Assembly: GCA_041657955.1 (NCBI GenBank)
Contig: JBBABA010000001.1
Location: 106,419 to 170,418 of the forward strand
Direction of reading: 5' to 3'
DNA: 64,000 bases
DNA from: Thermoplasmata archaeon
GTDB lineage: Archaea > Thermoplasmatota > JASEFT01 > JBBABA01
Part shown: positions 1 to 10,179 of the stretch, piece after piece
Position numbering within the stretch: the first letter of the stretch is position 1
How the letters are laid out: each line of letters opens with the position of its first letter
Notes under the pieces: generated by a model
The model's database searches: none
The model's input: only the letters and a program-made list of their open reading frames with translations
Told to the model about the DNA's origin: nothing
Made by a program: the position numbers and the translations under genes

Positions 1-2718
1 AACAGTTAATGTTACGGGGTAAGTACCTTCTTTTGTGTATTTATGTATAACTATATCGCCGATATCTGTCACCCCGTCTCCGAAATCCCACACATATGAT
101 AATCGGTAATCTGGATTTCCAGAGCGCGACCGCGAAGCGTCAAACATTATGCTTTCCCCAGCCACTGCTGACGTTCTATTTAATCTAGCAACAACTGTCG
201 GCGGTCCGGTAGTTATAGTATTTTTTGTATCATTTTTTGTTATGGTGATTTTATAATCGCCCTCGTTCACAGTGAATTCAAGATTATCTCCACTCGCCGT
301 ATAATCTATCACGGCATTATCGTTTAGTCTTATCGCTTTTATCGTAAAGTTTTGAAAACCGCTCGTTGAAACATTGAACTGATAATTTGTTGGTAGGTAA
401 TTTCTAACTATAATCGTCTTGTTTGTGTTGTTCCCGAATTCTCGTAGTGAGCGGCCAGACGAGTATAATTGCCCGAGCTCTCCCGAAGTCAAATATATTA
501 CGTTTCCTCTTGCCTCTATGTAGGTTAATAACGCATCGAGTTTCTCTAAGTTTTGCGAAACGGTTTTTTCATCACTGACGCTATCGATATAATTCTCTAC
601 CGGTGTTGTTATTACAAGCGGGCTCCAGCCACTTAGGATGGAGTCAACAGAGCTCAGCAATCCTCCTGTAAGATCCGCTCTACCAATCGGGTTATAAACG
701 AGATTTCTTCTAATGTATCTCATTCCATAATCGTTTTTTTCGCCGCCAGAATCAGCAGTTGAAGAAATATACTGGATGCCGCTTTCATTCCATACGCTTT
801 CGGTTATATTGTTCCAAGTATAATTGACTGCTACTGTGTTGTTCGGATAGAAATTGAATAATCTATAGAACTCTTCGATGCCTGTCTGAATTATTTTGCT
901 TTGATCGTTGTACGATTTCGACGCTGGCGGTGTCGCATTGTAGTTCGAATATTCGCTGTATATGTTATAATCTGTAGAAGCGTTGATAATGTTGCTCAAG
1001 AAAGCGCTCGTCGCAATCGCGTCGTTATTCTTCAGTGCGGATAGCCACACGTCCTTATTAAAATGAGTAAAACCGTTGTATCCGGCATAAAACGTTCCAT
1101 TTTCGATGTGGGCTATGTAGTTGCTTATTATGGAGTTATCGATCGGGACAAAATAATAGTTGTTGTAGTTATCGTTTCGCACATTCTGGAAATCGGGTGT
1201 GTCGCCAGTAAATACGTATGCTGATATTGCTGGGGTAACGTTGAATTTATCATTATGTTTCTCTAGGACGCTTATAACTTTTGTTAAAGTTGTCTCCGTC
1301 TCTCCCCCACCCCCCCACCCATCGCTTTCTATAACAACGACATCTCTATTTTTGAAAACATTGCCATAGGAGACAACGATGCTCTCGCTATTTTCATTAT
1401 TATCTAGCAACCACTCATTTGTTCCGTTGATTACTGCACGTATGCTGTGTAATCCCTCCGAACTCATCCAATCGATAGTGGCTTTTCCTTCCCCGCCGGC
1501 GTTTATCGAATTAATTTTAGCACTTCCGATAAACGTAGAATCTGCATAAAAATCAACTTGTAAATCTGATGCTGGACTGTCACCAATGTTGGTGATTGTA
1601 GCGTTAACTGTAATGTTTTGTGTTGGTACGGGATTTATGTCAGAAAATGTTGGCGGTGAGAGGATTGCAAGGTCAGTAGTAGCGTCTTTGTTGATCGTTA
1701 TGTTTTGCTGGGATTTTGAGATGTTTATCTGGGGTTTTGCGTTGCCTACGATTATCGTATGCGGCGTAGAATAAGTTGTTGCCGTGAGATTCTGCTCAAA
1801 GAGCGTCAATGCTTGTGTTGGAATTGTACCATCGGAGAGTGTGGTGAGGTTTTGACTAACTATACTGCCTTCTCTGTTTTTGATTGTAATTGGAATGTTT
1901 AGCACGGATGCTCCATTGGAGTCTATTACTTTCCCAGATAGGTAATTTTTTACGACGATTCTCCCAGAGCCTTGGGATACGACTTGAGGCGGGTTTTTGT
2001 ATGTGGTGTTTATCGTTTCTATGACCCCCCCGTAAGTAGCGAAGTAACCATTTGGGAATGATGAGTTGGTTATTAGTGCATAGCCACCATAGGTATATGC
2101 CCCCATGTAGTTAAGGAACGTACAATTGTTAAAATAAAATGAGGTGCCGTCTATATTTACATATTGCACTGTCGAATTTTCCACTCTATGATTTGCACCG
2201 TTTCCATACACAAAATATAAACCGCCACCGATGTACGAATTGTATGCACAGAAATCCAAAGACCAAACAGCCGTTTTCGGGTAACTGTTGCCCATTGTAA
2301 ATCTTTCAAAATTTGATTTATTTACTACAACTTTTCCTCCGTTAGCATAGAAATAGTATCCATATTGCTGGTCGTTTGCAGTAACATTAGAGAAATTTAT
2401 AAACAACTCTCCACCTAGCACATTCAACCAATATCTGACGTCTGAAGTAGAATTAATTTTTAGGATACTGTTTGTAAGTACTAACGAACCACCACTTGTT
2501 ATGGTTAGATTGCCGTTAATTAAAACACTTGTATCATTTAAGTAAACCGTTTTATTAGAGATTTCCCAATCTCCTTCAGAGGGCGGCAGGTTTTCGTTTA
2601 TTGAACTTCTAGTAGAAAAAGTATAATTATCTTTTGTCATTCGAGATCCGGCTGATGGCGTGGAAGAAACGCAAGAGAATAGGAGAAGGATCACAGCTAA
2701 AAATGTTACTTCTTTCAT
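1..2718 (-). CDS. Secreted cell-surface glycoprotein (5' partial in window; signal peptide, N-x-S/T-rich beta-rich region, C-terminal PKD domain); C-terminus runs off window start
   Basis: Long uninterrupted reverse-strand frame from ATG at 2718 to position 1 (no stop). N-terminus is MKEVTFLAVILLLFSCVSS (signal-peptide-like). Very many N-x-S/T sequons. C-terminal WDFGDG...H.Y...G.Y.V.L.V motif is typical of PKD domains. Not in the ORF track because no stop lies in the window. Confidence 0.7.
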   Translation of the reverse strand, partial: MKEVTFLAVILLLFSCVSSTPSAGSRMTKDNYTFSTRSSINENLPPSEGDWEISNKTVYLNDTSVLINGNLTITSGGSLVLTNSILKINSTSDVRYWLNVLGGELFINFSNVTANDQQYGYYFYANGGKVVVNKSNFERFTMGNSYPKTAVWSLDFCAYNSYIGGGLYFVYGNGANHRVENSTVQYVNIDGTSFYFNNCTFLNYMGAYTYGGYALITNSSFPNGYFATYGGVIETINTTYKNPPQVVSQGSGRIVVKNYLSGKVIDSNGASVLNIPITIKNREGSIVSQNLTTLSDGTIPTQALTLFEQNLTATTYSTPHTIIVGNAKPQINISKSQQNITINKDATTDLAILSPPTFSDINPVPTQNITVNATITNIGDSPASDLQVDFYADSTFIGSAKINSINAGGEGKATIDWMSSEGLHSIRAVINGTNEWLLDNNENSESIVVSYGNVFKNRDVVVIESDGWGGGGETETTLTKVISVLEKHNDKFNVTPAISAYVFTGDTPDFQNVRNDNYNNYYFVPIDNSIISNYIAHIENGTFYAGYNGFTHFNKDVWLSALKNNDAIATSAFLSNIINASTDYNIYSEYSNYNATPPASKSYNDQSKIIQTGIEEFYRLFNFYPNNTVAVNYTWNNITESVWNESGIQYISSTADSGGEKNDYGMRYIRRNLVYNPIGRADLTGGLLSSVDSILSGWSPLVITTPVENYIDSVSDEKTVSQNLEKLDALLTYIEARGNVIYLTSGELGQLYSSGRSLREFGNNTNKTIIVRNYLPTNYQFNVSTSGFQNFTIKAIRLNDNAVIDYTASGDNLEFTVNEGDYKITITKNDTKNTITTGPPTVVARLNRTSAVAGESIMFDASRSRSGNPDYRLSYVWDFGDGVTDIGDIVIHKYTKEGTYPVTLTV

Positions 2719-3057
2719 AGTGTTACCTACAAATTATACCAATGTCTTAGTTTTTACAATTTTCACAACTTTGATAATCGCGAGAGCGTTTAATGGTTAT
2801 AGATTGTCAAATAATACCATCGAAAACATAATCCACAATCAGCTTAAACATTTTTCGCTGGTGTTTGTGCTTGCCATCAATTTAAAAACAAACGCGACAT
2901 CAAAACATCGTGCACCTATTCTGACTTAGAACAACAAACCCAGCAGAGATTAGATACCCAATAACATAATGGAACACGCTTTTAGATCACATAACAAAAT
3001 ATTCAACACCATCAGTTAGGGCGACTTAAGGAAAATTATACGCAGTTTCCAATGTCT

Positions 3058-3627
3058 TCACTCCAATTCTTTTGGGTACATCCCTAGCTCCTTAGTCGAT
3101 TTGTTTGAGAGTATTTTAGCAGGTATCCCTCCAATTGTTATATTGTCTGGAAAGCTCTTGTTAACTACACTATTTGCTCCTATAGCCACGTTATTTCCAA
3201 TCTTAATATCACCAAATAACTTAGCACCGGGGCCGATATAAACATTATCACCCAAAACTGGAGCTCCATGATATTCTCCTAAAACGGTACAGGGATGTAT
3301 TCTACAATTTCTGCCGACTTTACACTTAGGACTTACTACTATGGTCCCATAATGCACTATACACAACCCTGGCCCGAAAACATTTATTGGAATTTGAAAA
3401 CTAAGTTTTAACGCAAGCCTTCTATTCAAAAGTTTTAATAAAAGGTAATATGGCTTTAATAAAACATTCCCACGACGACAGTTGGTTAAGTATTCAATTT
3501 TTCTAAGACGTCGTTGAAATCTTAAAACGTCGTTTTTTAAATAATCCATTATTGTATATTTCTTTAAATTATGATATCTTAGATCCTCTGATAGATAGAA
3601 TAAATATTCTTGTTTAGAGTTAATCAT
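3058..3627 (-). CDS. Hexapeptide-repeat (left-handed beta-helix) acetyltransferase, serine O-acetyltransferase / WcaB-like
   Basis: Tandem hexapeptide motifs: IGNNVAIGANSVV, GDNVYIGPGAKL, GRNCRIHPCTVLG. Confidence 0.8.
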   Translation of the reverse strand: MINSKQEYLFYLSEDLRYHNLKKYTIMDYLKNDVLRFQRRLRKIEYLTNCRRGNVLLKPYYLLLKLLNRRLALKLSFQIPINVFGPGLCIVHYGTIVVSPKCKVGRNCRIHPCTVLGEYHGAPVLGDNVYIGPGAKLFGDIKIGNNVAIGANSVVNKSFPDNITIGGIPAKILSNKSTKELGMYPKELE

Positions 3628-3786
3628 TTTCTACACCGCTTCGATTTTAATTTACCTCTAAATTGGTATAAAAACTTTGCCCATCTATTGCTCTGTTTAA
3701 CGAATAAGTCCCAGCACGAATAGCACTTTGTCTACTTCAAACACCTGCGAATTTAACACATAACTGCAGGTGCCTTAGCCCCATAT

Positions 3787-4782
3787 TCATTAAGCACATC
3801 GTACGCCCAAAACCTCTAGACCGCTTCTGCCCGAAGCGTTTTTTCGGATTTTGAAGTGGTGTTCTCACTAAACATGCGCTTTACCGCCGAGAATATGCCC
3901 TCCACGGCCCACCTTTTACCGTATCGTTTCCTGTACGCCCACAGCTTGTAGCCACATTCCTGAAATTTTCGTATTTCGTCTCTCCGCCGCCTACTACCCC
4001 TGCAATGGTCTGTACTGGCATTGCTTCTTAGTTTGATTGCGCTGCCGATTTTTTCTTTGTCGAGGTATGTGAACAGTTCGTTGGAGTCCATCGCACCGTC
4101 GCCGTACAGCTTTTTGACTTTCTTGCCGTCTTTCTTCAATTTCTTCAGGTGCTTTTTTGCTATCTTCGGCTCGGATTTGCCTTTTTTCTGGATGTACGCT
4201 TCTACCTTGAGCAGCTTTTTCTTCCTCACGTCTGCGGTTATCACTATGACGAGATATTTCCTCTTGCTCTTCTGCTTGTATTTGAACATCCGGTACTCTC
4301 CCGCGCTGCCGCTCTTGAGGCCGGATCCGTCCGTGGCGACCTCAAGTTCCTCTTCCGTTGGCAATGCTATTTCTGGGATCATGTTGTGCACCCTGTTCCA
4401 TGTGGTGGAATAATCCGCATACTCCGGGACGAATCCGTATCTCGCCAGTGAGCGAGATATACCCTCAAGGCCGCGATAGTCCACCCACTGCTTCCATACC
4501 GCCTGCCACCTTATATACGATTCGGGGAACTTGTACTGGCCTCCTCTTTTCCCCTCGTTCATCTGATTGAGTTCGGGGTACCACCCTTTGACAAAATCAA
4601 GGTCCAAATAGAATTCCCCTCTTACAACAAGCTGCTCGTTGTATGTAGGCCAATCTCTCTCGTCAACGAACTTACGTCCCCAGCGTTTCGATTTGCTGCT
4701 CTTTGGCATATGCATCCCATCCGTTATGGGATATGCGAAACGCCGATGAATAAGTTTTCGGGAGGATTCATTAAACACAGCA
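3787..4782. mobile_element. Putative insertion sequence: transposase gene bracketed by 15-bp near-identical direct sequences (ttcattaaGcacatc / ttcattaaAcacagc)
   Basis: 13/15 matching repeats at 3787-3801 and 4768-4782 flank the transposase ORF. Also a 7-bp inverted repeat at 3741-3747/3765-3771. Confidence 0.35.
3816..4778 (-). CDS. DDE transposase, IS4/IS5 superfamily (archaeal ISH-like)
   Basis: Motifs DGSGLKSG, LVIVITAD, YGDGAMDS and the C-terminal RWAVEGIFSAVKRMF (RWxIE..F signature of DDE_Tnp_1). Lysine-rich linker. Listed start is GTG; the MHMPK ATG at about 4715 may be the real start. Confidence 0.75.
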   Translation of the reverse strand: MFNESSRKLIHRRFAYPITDGMHMPKSSKSKRWGRKFVDERDWPTYNEQLVVRGEFYLDLDFVKGWYPELNQMNEGKRGGQYKFPESYIRWQAVWKQWVDYRGLEGISRSLARYGFVPEYADYSTTWNRVHNMIPEIALPTEEELEVATDGSGLKSGSAGEYRMFKYKQKSKRKYLVIVITADVRKKKLLKVEAYIQKKGKSEPKIAKKHLKKLKKDGKKVKKLYGDGAMDSNELFTYLDKEKIGSAIKLRSNASTDHCRGSRRRRDEIRKFQECGYKLWAYRKRYGKRWAVEGIFSAVKRMFSENTTSKSEKTLRAEAV

Positions 4783-4865
4783 CCATCTATGGGCTTTGTC
4801 TCAGAATTCGTCTTTTTCCACAGATAACCTTACTGTTCTATGAATCAACTTTTAAGAATACAAAA

Positions 4866-5843
4866 TCAATAGAGAAATACAACACATAGTATTACCGATA
4901 TTCCAATAAAGGCTTCAATTAACCAAAGTATTCCGACTACTTTCCACTCTTTCAGGGGTCTGAAATGCATTATAATATGAGTCATAGATTCAATCCTATC
5001 GCCTCGAGGATAATACAACCATCCATTTAGTGCAACATATCCATAGTTTCTTCCACGAAACCTACCTCTAGCTTTGAGAAAAAACTCAACAATCATCGGA
5101 GCAAACAGTATTATACCCCAAGAAGCAAGTCCACCTATGATGGCTGCAGTCACTATTATTCCTCCAATAGAAAGCGTGAATACATCTCCAGGAAATACTT
5201 TTGCGGGATAACGATTATAGAGCAGGAACGCCCCAAGCGCCCCAACTAATGGAAAGAGAATCCACAGAGATTCGTACTTACCTTCTAAGTACGCTATCAA
5301 TAATAATACTGTGGATGCAATTAATGTCAAACCGGTGCATAAGCCATTAAGTCCATCTAGCATATTAGTAGCGTTTGCACCGCATGTTACTCCAAAAGCT
5401 ATAAGAAATGGAACCAACCACACCGAGGAAATGACAATTCCAAAAGGAGAGAAATCCAATGTCATGCCTCTCAAAAAGAAACCGGTTGGAAGCGCGAAGA
5501 AAAATGGCAATATCGCTTTAATACTCTGTCGTAAATCTAGAAGGTCATCTAATACACCAGTGAATGCACAACCCATGAGCGTGAAGAGTACTGCCATCAT
5601 TGTAGTAGCGTCTACAGGATCACTCACTGTTCTTAGAAAAAGAAACGCTCCGACGAAGAAGCCGATGAGCACCGCCACACCACCCATCTCTGGAATTTCC
5701 GGCCTGTGGCGTTTGTTCATATCTCTTCCTATTATTTTATGTGACTTCATATACCGCATCACAAATGGGGTTAAAACTAGTGTTACGATGAATGAAATCA
5801 GTAGAGAGAATATGTATGTCATATCGTTCATATTAAACCCCAC
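4866..5843 (-). CDS. UDP-GlcNAc:polyprenyl/dolichyl-phosphate GlcNAc-1-phosphate transferase (GT4 MraY/WecA/AglH family), initiating enzyme
   Basis: Polytopic membrane protein with the NATNMLDGLNGL motif (NxxNxxDGxDGL) and aspartate-rich loops typical of the MraY/WecA family. Confidence 0.8.
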   Translation of the reverse strand: MGFNMNDMTYIFSLLISFIVTLVLTPFVMRYMKSHKIIGRDMNKRHRPEIPEMGGVAVLIGFFVGAFLFLRTVSDPVDATTMMAVLFTLMGCAFTGVLDDLLDLRQSIKAILPFFFALPTGFFLRGMTLDFSPFGIVISSVWLVPFLIAFGVTCGANATNMLDGLNGLCTGLTLIASTVLLLIAYLEGKYESLWILFPLVGALGAFLLYNRYPAKVFPGDVFTLSIGGIIVTAAIIGGLASWGIILFAPMIVEFFLKARGRFRGRNYGYVALNGWLYYPRGDRIESMTHIIMHFRPLKEWKVVGILWLIEAFIGISVILCVVFLY

Positions 5844-6140
5844 TCAAATTGTTAGGAGGATGTATCTTAGGTAACCATTATTAAACTATAGTTCTATAAG
5901 AGTTTTTCTCCCTAGCGTGTATAAACCCCCATTAGGGATAATAGATATCCACTTATAGATTGCATACGTAAAACCGGTATGAAATAATTCTTTGTCCGAT
6001 TTTTGAGGGAATAATTTGGGTATGTTTATGGCAAAACTTTTTATATACACACCAGATGTGTCGATTTGGGTTAAATGAAATTGTAATGCACTTTTCGTAA
6101 CAGATAATGTGTCGTTAACCAATGAAAGAATAACTATATT

Positions 6141-6150
6141 GGGGGGGGGG
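6141..6150. repeat. G10 homopolymer tract 8 nt upstream of the start codon of the truncated dehydrogenase gene
   Basis: gggggggggg read directly in sequence at 6141-6150, followed by catgtagaATG. Confidence 0.9.
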
Positions 6151-6158
6151 CATGTAGA

Positions 6159-7022
6159 ATGCGTATCAAAGATACGAAAGTATGTATAATCGGTCTTGGT
6201 GTGGTTGGCTTATCTACGGCGGTATATGTAAAAGAGAAAGGATTAGAGGTAATTGGTTATGATATTGACGTGAAAGCGATTGAAAAATCTCGAAAGAATG
6301 GCATAACCGCATACAAAAAATGGGAAGATGTGGGTGAATGCGATATTTATATAATTTGTGTAACAACAAGTTTAAACAAAAACAAACCGAATTTATCGTC
6401 TGTATATAATGTAATTTCGAAAATAAATAAAACGTCGATGGATAATACACTCATATCGATCGAAAGCACAGTCCCTATGGGCGCATGTAGAGCGTTGTTT
6501 AGGAACACATTAAAGAACAGAGGCATGCTGATACACGTTCCTCACAGATATTGGTCTGGTGACACTATAAACCACGGTGTAAAACAGCACCGAGTAATAG
6601 GTGCAATAAACGACAGAAGCATGAATGCAGGGCAATCGTTTTATTCAGGAATCCTAGAGATTCCACTCTATAAAACATCGACAATTGAAACAGCAGAGAT
6701 GTGTAAAATTACTGAAAACACCGATAGATTCCTAAAAATAGCTTTTGCTGAAGAATTAAAAATGATGTGTGATAACGCAGGAGTGGACTTTGAAGATCTT
6801 AGGAACGCTTGCAACACTAAATGGAATATGGAAATACTGGAGCCGAGAGAGGGAATTGGTGGAACCTGTCTGCCAAAATATATAGTATATCTCTCCCTCT
6901 TGGGTAAAAATGGTATATCTCAAGCAGCTATTAAAGCTGATAAAAGGTATAAATCCTGGTTGAGTGATAGAAATCTCTCCAAACATAAAAAAAACTCTCC
7001 TTATGTATCATCTAAAACATAA
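6159..7022 (+). pseudogene. Truncated UDP-N-acetyl-D-mannosamine/UDP-glucose dehydrogenase paralog (N-terminal and central domains only; lacks C-terminal UDP-binding domain)
   Basis: N-terminal Rossmann motif CIIGLGVVGLS. Central domain similar to the 58939..60204 gene (ENTDRFLKIAFAEEL ~ ENTFRAVNIALANEL). Ends shortly after the catalytic-Cys motif GIGGTCLPKY, with a non-homologous tail (287 aa versus about 420). Confidence 0.55.
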
Positions 7023-7158
7023 GGCAAAAAATTATCCTATCAATTGTAAGTTTTATGCAACTTCACATTGAAGTTGACATTAAATGACTGAAAGACACAA
7101 TAATAAAGGTCGAGACACCAACAAGGTTTATTATGCCGGATATAATTAGTGAAATACA

Positions 7159-8226
7159 ATGAAGGTACTGTTCGACATAGGCCACCCTGCACAGGTCCAT
7201 ATTTTCAAAAACGTAATTCGGGGCTTAAACGAGAGAGGACACGAAACAAAAGTTATTGTCCGGGAAAGAGATTGTGCAACCCACCTATTAAATAAATATG
7301 ATATTGGATATGAAACGATCATAGAAGAACACTACCACGGGCTCTTAAGAAAAGCATTGGGTACACCACACTTAGTTTACAAGTCCTACGACATCTTAAA
7401 AAAATTCGATCCAGACGTATTAATTTCCGAAGGGCCTCTGTACAGCCATATCGCATGTAAACTTCTGGGAAAACATTCAATTTCATTCCTCATTAATGAG
7501 AGCGAATATGGAGCGTATTTAGACAACATCTTTTCCCCTTTCGTAGACTTGGTATGTACATCGACCTCGTTCGAGGGGCGGATAGATCCTAGGAAAAACA
7601 CACAATATAACGGCTACCTTCATTTGACATATTTGCATCCTGATTATTTCAAACCAGACGATACTGTTCTCAGAGAACTAGAAATTGACAAAAATGAAAA
7701 ATTTTTCATTCTGAGATTTAAAAAGTACGATGCAACTCATGATATTGGTCAGCATGGTTTTTCATTCGATAAATTTAGATTTATAAAAAAGTTGGAGCAT
7801 TATGGAAAGGTCTTTGTTAGCTCTCATGGAGGATTATCTAGAGATCTCAAAAAATATGAGCTTCGCCTGCCACCAGAGAAACTTCAAGATGCTATTTATT
7901 TTGCTAACACATATATTGGCGATGGCTTTTCAACAGCCACAGAATCTGCAATATTAGGCACACCTGCAATACTCGTTTCGACGATAAAGAGGGGTTATAT
8001 TAATGAGCTCAGGGATAAATATGGGTTGGTATACACATGTAAAGACGACGAGGAGGCGCTGAGAATATTTTCACAGCTCCAAGAAGACAAGCGTCTAAAA
8101 GAGAAATGGAGAATGAAAAAAGAAAAAATGTTAAGTGAAAAAATAGATGTAACCGCGTTTATAATCGACCTTATAGAGAATTACCCACAAAGTGTCGAAA
8201 AAATAAAAAGTGCGAGAGGGGGGTAA
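7159..8226 (+). CDS. DUF354-family protein (predicted GT-B-like, common in archaeal glycosylation loci)
   Basis: N-terminus MKVLFDIGHPAQVHIFKNVIRGLNERGHE matches the DUF354 signature (MK..FDIGHPAHVH.FK). Confidence 0.75.
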   Translation: MKVLFDIGHPAQVHIFKNVIRGLNERGHETKVIVRERDCATHLLNKYDIGYETIIEEHYHGLLRKALGTPHLVYKSYDILKKFDPDVLISEGPLYSHIACKLLGKHSISFLINESEYGAYLDNIFSPFVDLVCTSTSFEGRIDPRKNTQYNGYLHLTYLHPDYFKPDDTVLRELEIDKNEKFFILRFKKYDATHDIGQHGFSFDKFRFIKKLEHYGKVFVSSHGGLSRDLKKYELRLPPEKLQDAIYFANTYIGDGFSTATESAILGTPAILVSTIKRGYINELRDKYGLVYTCKDDEEALRIFSQLQEDKRLKEKWRMKKEKMLSEKIDVTAFIIDLIENYPQSVEKIKSARGG

Positions 8227-8229
8227 TAT

Positions 8230-10026
8230 ATGAAACTCACAAAGCGAACTTGTTATGTGCTAATTATGTTTTTGATAATGCTCAACATAGTATTTCGATA
8301 TCCCACGACACCACACGAAATAGGTGCGGACTCATTTTTCATTCACAGTCTCGCAAATTCCATAACCAACAATGGAGACGCGAAATGGATACTGCATCCA
8401 TTATCGTTTTTCGGTTTATATCCGGTTTCTTATGCAAGTGCTGTTCCATTCATATTATCAGGAATGTCCCAGGTGCTCGGAGTAGAAACTGAGATATCGA
8501 TATTGATATTTTCAACGGTTTTAGGCACATTGAACTTTCTTGGGGCATACCTTCTTATGGGTGAGATAATCAACGATGACAGATTCAAGATAGTGGTAGC
8601 GTTTGTCTATTCGTTGTCCCCACTTATCCTAAAGTTTACAATATGGACTGCATCAACAAGAGGGCTTTTTATTGCTTTATTGCCGTTGTTTCTTTGGTGC
8701 ATATTAAAACTTGTAAACAAACATCATATATGGAAATACATGGGATTATCTATTTTTTTGCTGTTATTATTGACCGCTACTCACCGAATGGTGTGGTTTG
8801 TTGTGGTACCAATAATCTTCTATATTGCCGCTACCTTTATTCATAACACAGGTACAAGTAAATCTTCTTTTGGTATGTATGCATCCAAAATTTTACTTAT
8901 TCCGGTGATGATAGCTATTTTCGCGGTATTCTTCATAGCTACATATCACTTCATTTTACCGGCCGATTCAACCTTTCAGAGCATAATATCAACATTGATA
9001 GAGAACAAATATTCGGTGTTTCTCTTCTTAGTCTCTACCGGAGTTTTAATGATTTTTTTTCAATTATATGTAAAAACCCATACAATAACTATGATGACGG
9101 GAGTCGGTCTTGTAGCTTTGTTTGCAACTCTAATTTCAATGCAACTCACAGATTTAGCGGTGTTAAGAGATTTTTCGGGTGTACTCGCGTTAGATGTCCC
9201 TTTCGTTGAAGAATCCGAAGCAATTTATTATCCACAATTATTCTTCCTGACTAGTGTAATTATACTGGGGGCAAGGTATGGCATAATGATATTTTTTATG
9301 GCTATAGGTATTATTCTTCTCTCTTTTAAACAAAAAAAAATTGGTAACAATGTAATGATCCTAACATCGTTATTTTTTATAAATACAATACTATTCGTCG
9401 AATATTCCCATGATTTCTTAGCAATATTCTTGTTTATAGTGGCTGGTTATGGCGTATTCTGGTATATCGAAAATTGGAGGAGTGTTAAACGATACGCCTT
9501 CTCTATGCTTGCCATAATTTTATTACTTTCTCTTGTATTTTCTGCATATACTTTAGGTTATAGATATAGTAACATGTTCCCTACAACGGGCGATCATAAT
9601 TATATGGTAGACCCCACTTATCAAACCGGGATATTTCTAAGAACATATGCTAATGGAACATTCTATGGAAATGATTTTGAAGCATTACGAGTAGCAGCAT
9701 CTTCCGGCTTAGTGTATCTAGGCACTATTCAATACGAATTCGTCGATAAGGAAAAGATGACAATCATACCTAAGGATTTTTCGATAGCGGGTCTTCCCAA
9801 TTACATGAAAAATCCTTTTATAATAGTTAAATCAAATATTACTTCGATCGATACTAGATATGACTGCGATAGTGAAATTGCAAGAAATTTCACATCGTAT
9901 TACAGCATAGAATACCTTGTAAGTAATATAGTTGTGATGACTGACAAGTCGGTATTTGCCAATTCCGTTTATGGGAAGAGATATGAAATGTTTGCGAATG
10001 AGAGGGATATTATATTTTATCTCTGA
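8230..10026 (+). CDS. Polytopic membrane protein, putative GT-C-type glycosyltransferase/oligosaccharide polymerase (no WWDYG motif, so not a canonical AglB/STT3)
   Basis: About 12 predicted hydrophobic helices in the N-terminal 430 aa plus a soluble C-terminal domain. RBS-like GAGAGGGGGG upstream. Function assigned only by architecture. Confidence 0.4.
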   Translation: MKLTKRTCYVLIMFLIMLNIVFRYPTTPHEIGADSFFIHSLANSITNNGDAKWILHPLSFFGLYPVSYASAVPFILSGMSQVLGVETEISILIFSTVLGTLNFLGAYLLMGEIINDDRFKIVVAFVYSLSPLILKFTIWTASTRGLFIALLPLFLWCILKLVNKHHIWKYMGLSIFLLLLLTATHRMVWFVVVPIIFYIAATFIHNTGTSKSSFGMYASKILLIPVMIAIFAVFFIATYHFILPADSTFQSIISTLIENKYSVFLFLVSTGVLMIFFQLYVKTHTITMMTGVGLVALFATLISMQLTDLAVLRDFSGVLALDVPFVEESEAIYYPQLFFLTSVIILGARYGIMIFFMAIGIILLSFKQKKIGNNVMILTSLFFINTILFVEYSHDFLAIFLFIVAGYGVFWYIENWRSVKRYAFSMLAIILLLSLVFSAYTLGYRYSNMFPTTGDHNYMVDPTYQTGIFLRTYANGTFYGNDFEALRVAASSGLVYLGTIQYEFVDKEKMTIIPKDFSIAGLPNYMKNPFIIVKSNITSIDTRYDCDSEIARNFTSYYSIEYLVSNIVVMTDKSVFANSVYGKRYEMFANERDIIFYL

Positions 10027-10179
10027 TGGGAATCTAATGAGGGCTATAGTATTGATAACAAGAGGATTTAAAGTGAATTTGAGATATGTAGGTGCGTCAA
10101 AACATATTGGGCGTGCGAAAATACAAACAGAATCAAAAGTCTACGTCGACAAACACGATATGATGTTTGGTGGTGAATT

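Noticed and set aside
8230-10026. Considered calling this the oligosaccharyltransferase AglB/STT3
   Set aside because: No WWDYG motif or other STT3 landmarks were found in the translation. Kept as a generic GT-C-like membrane protein.
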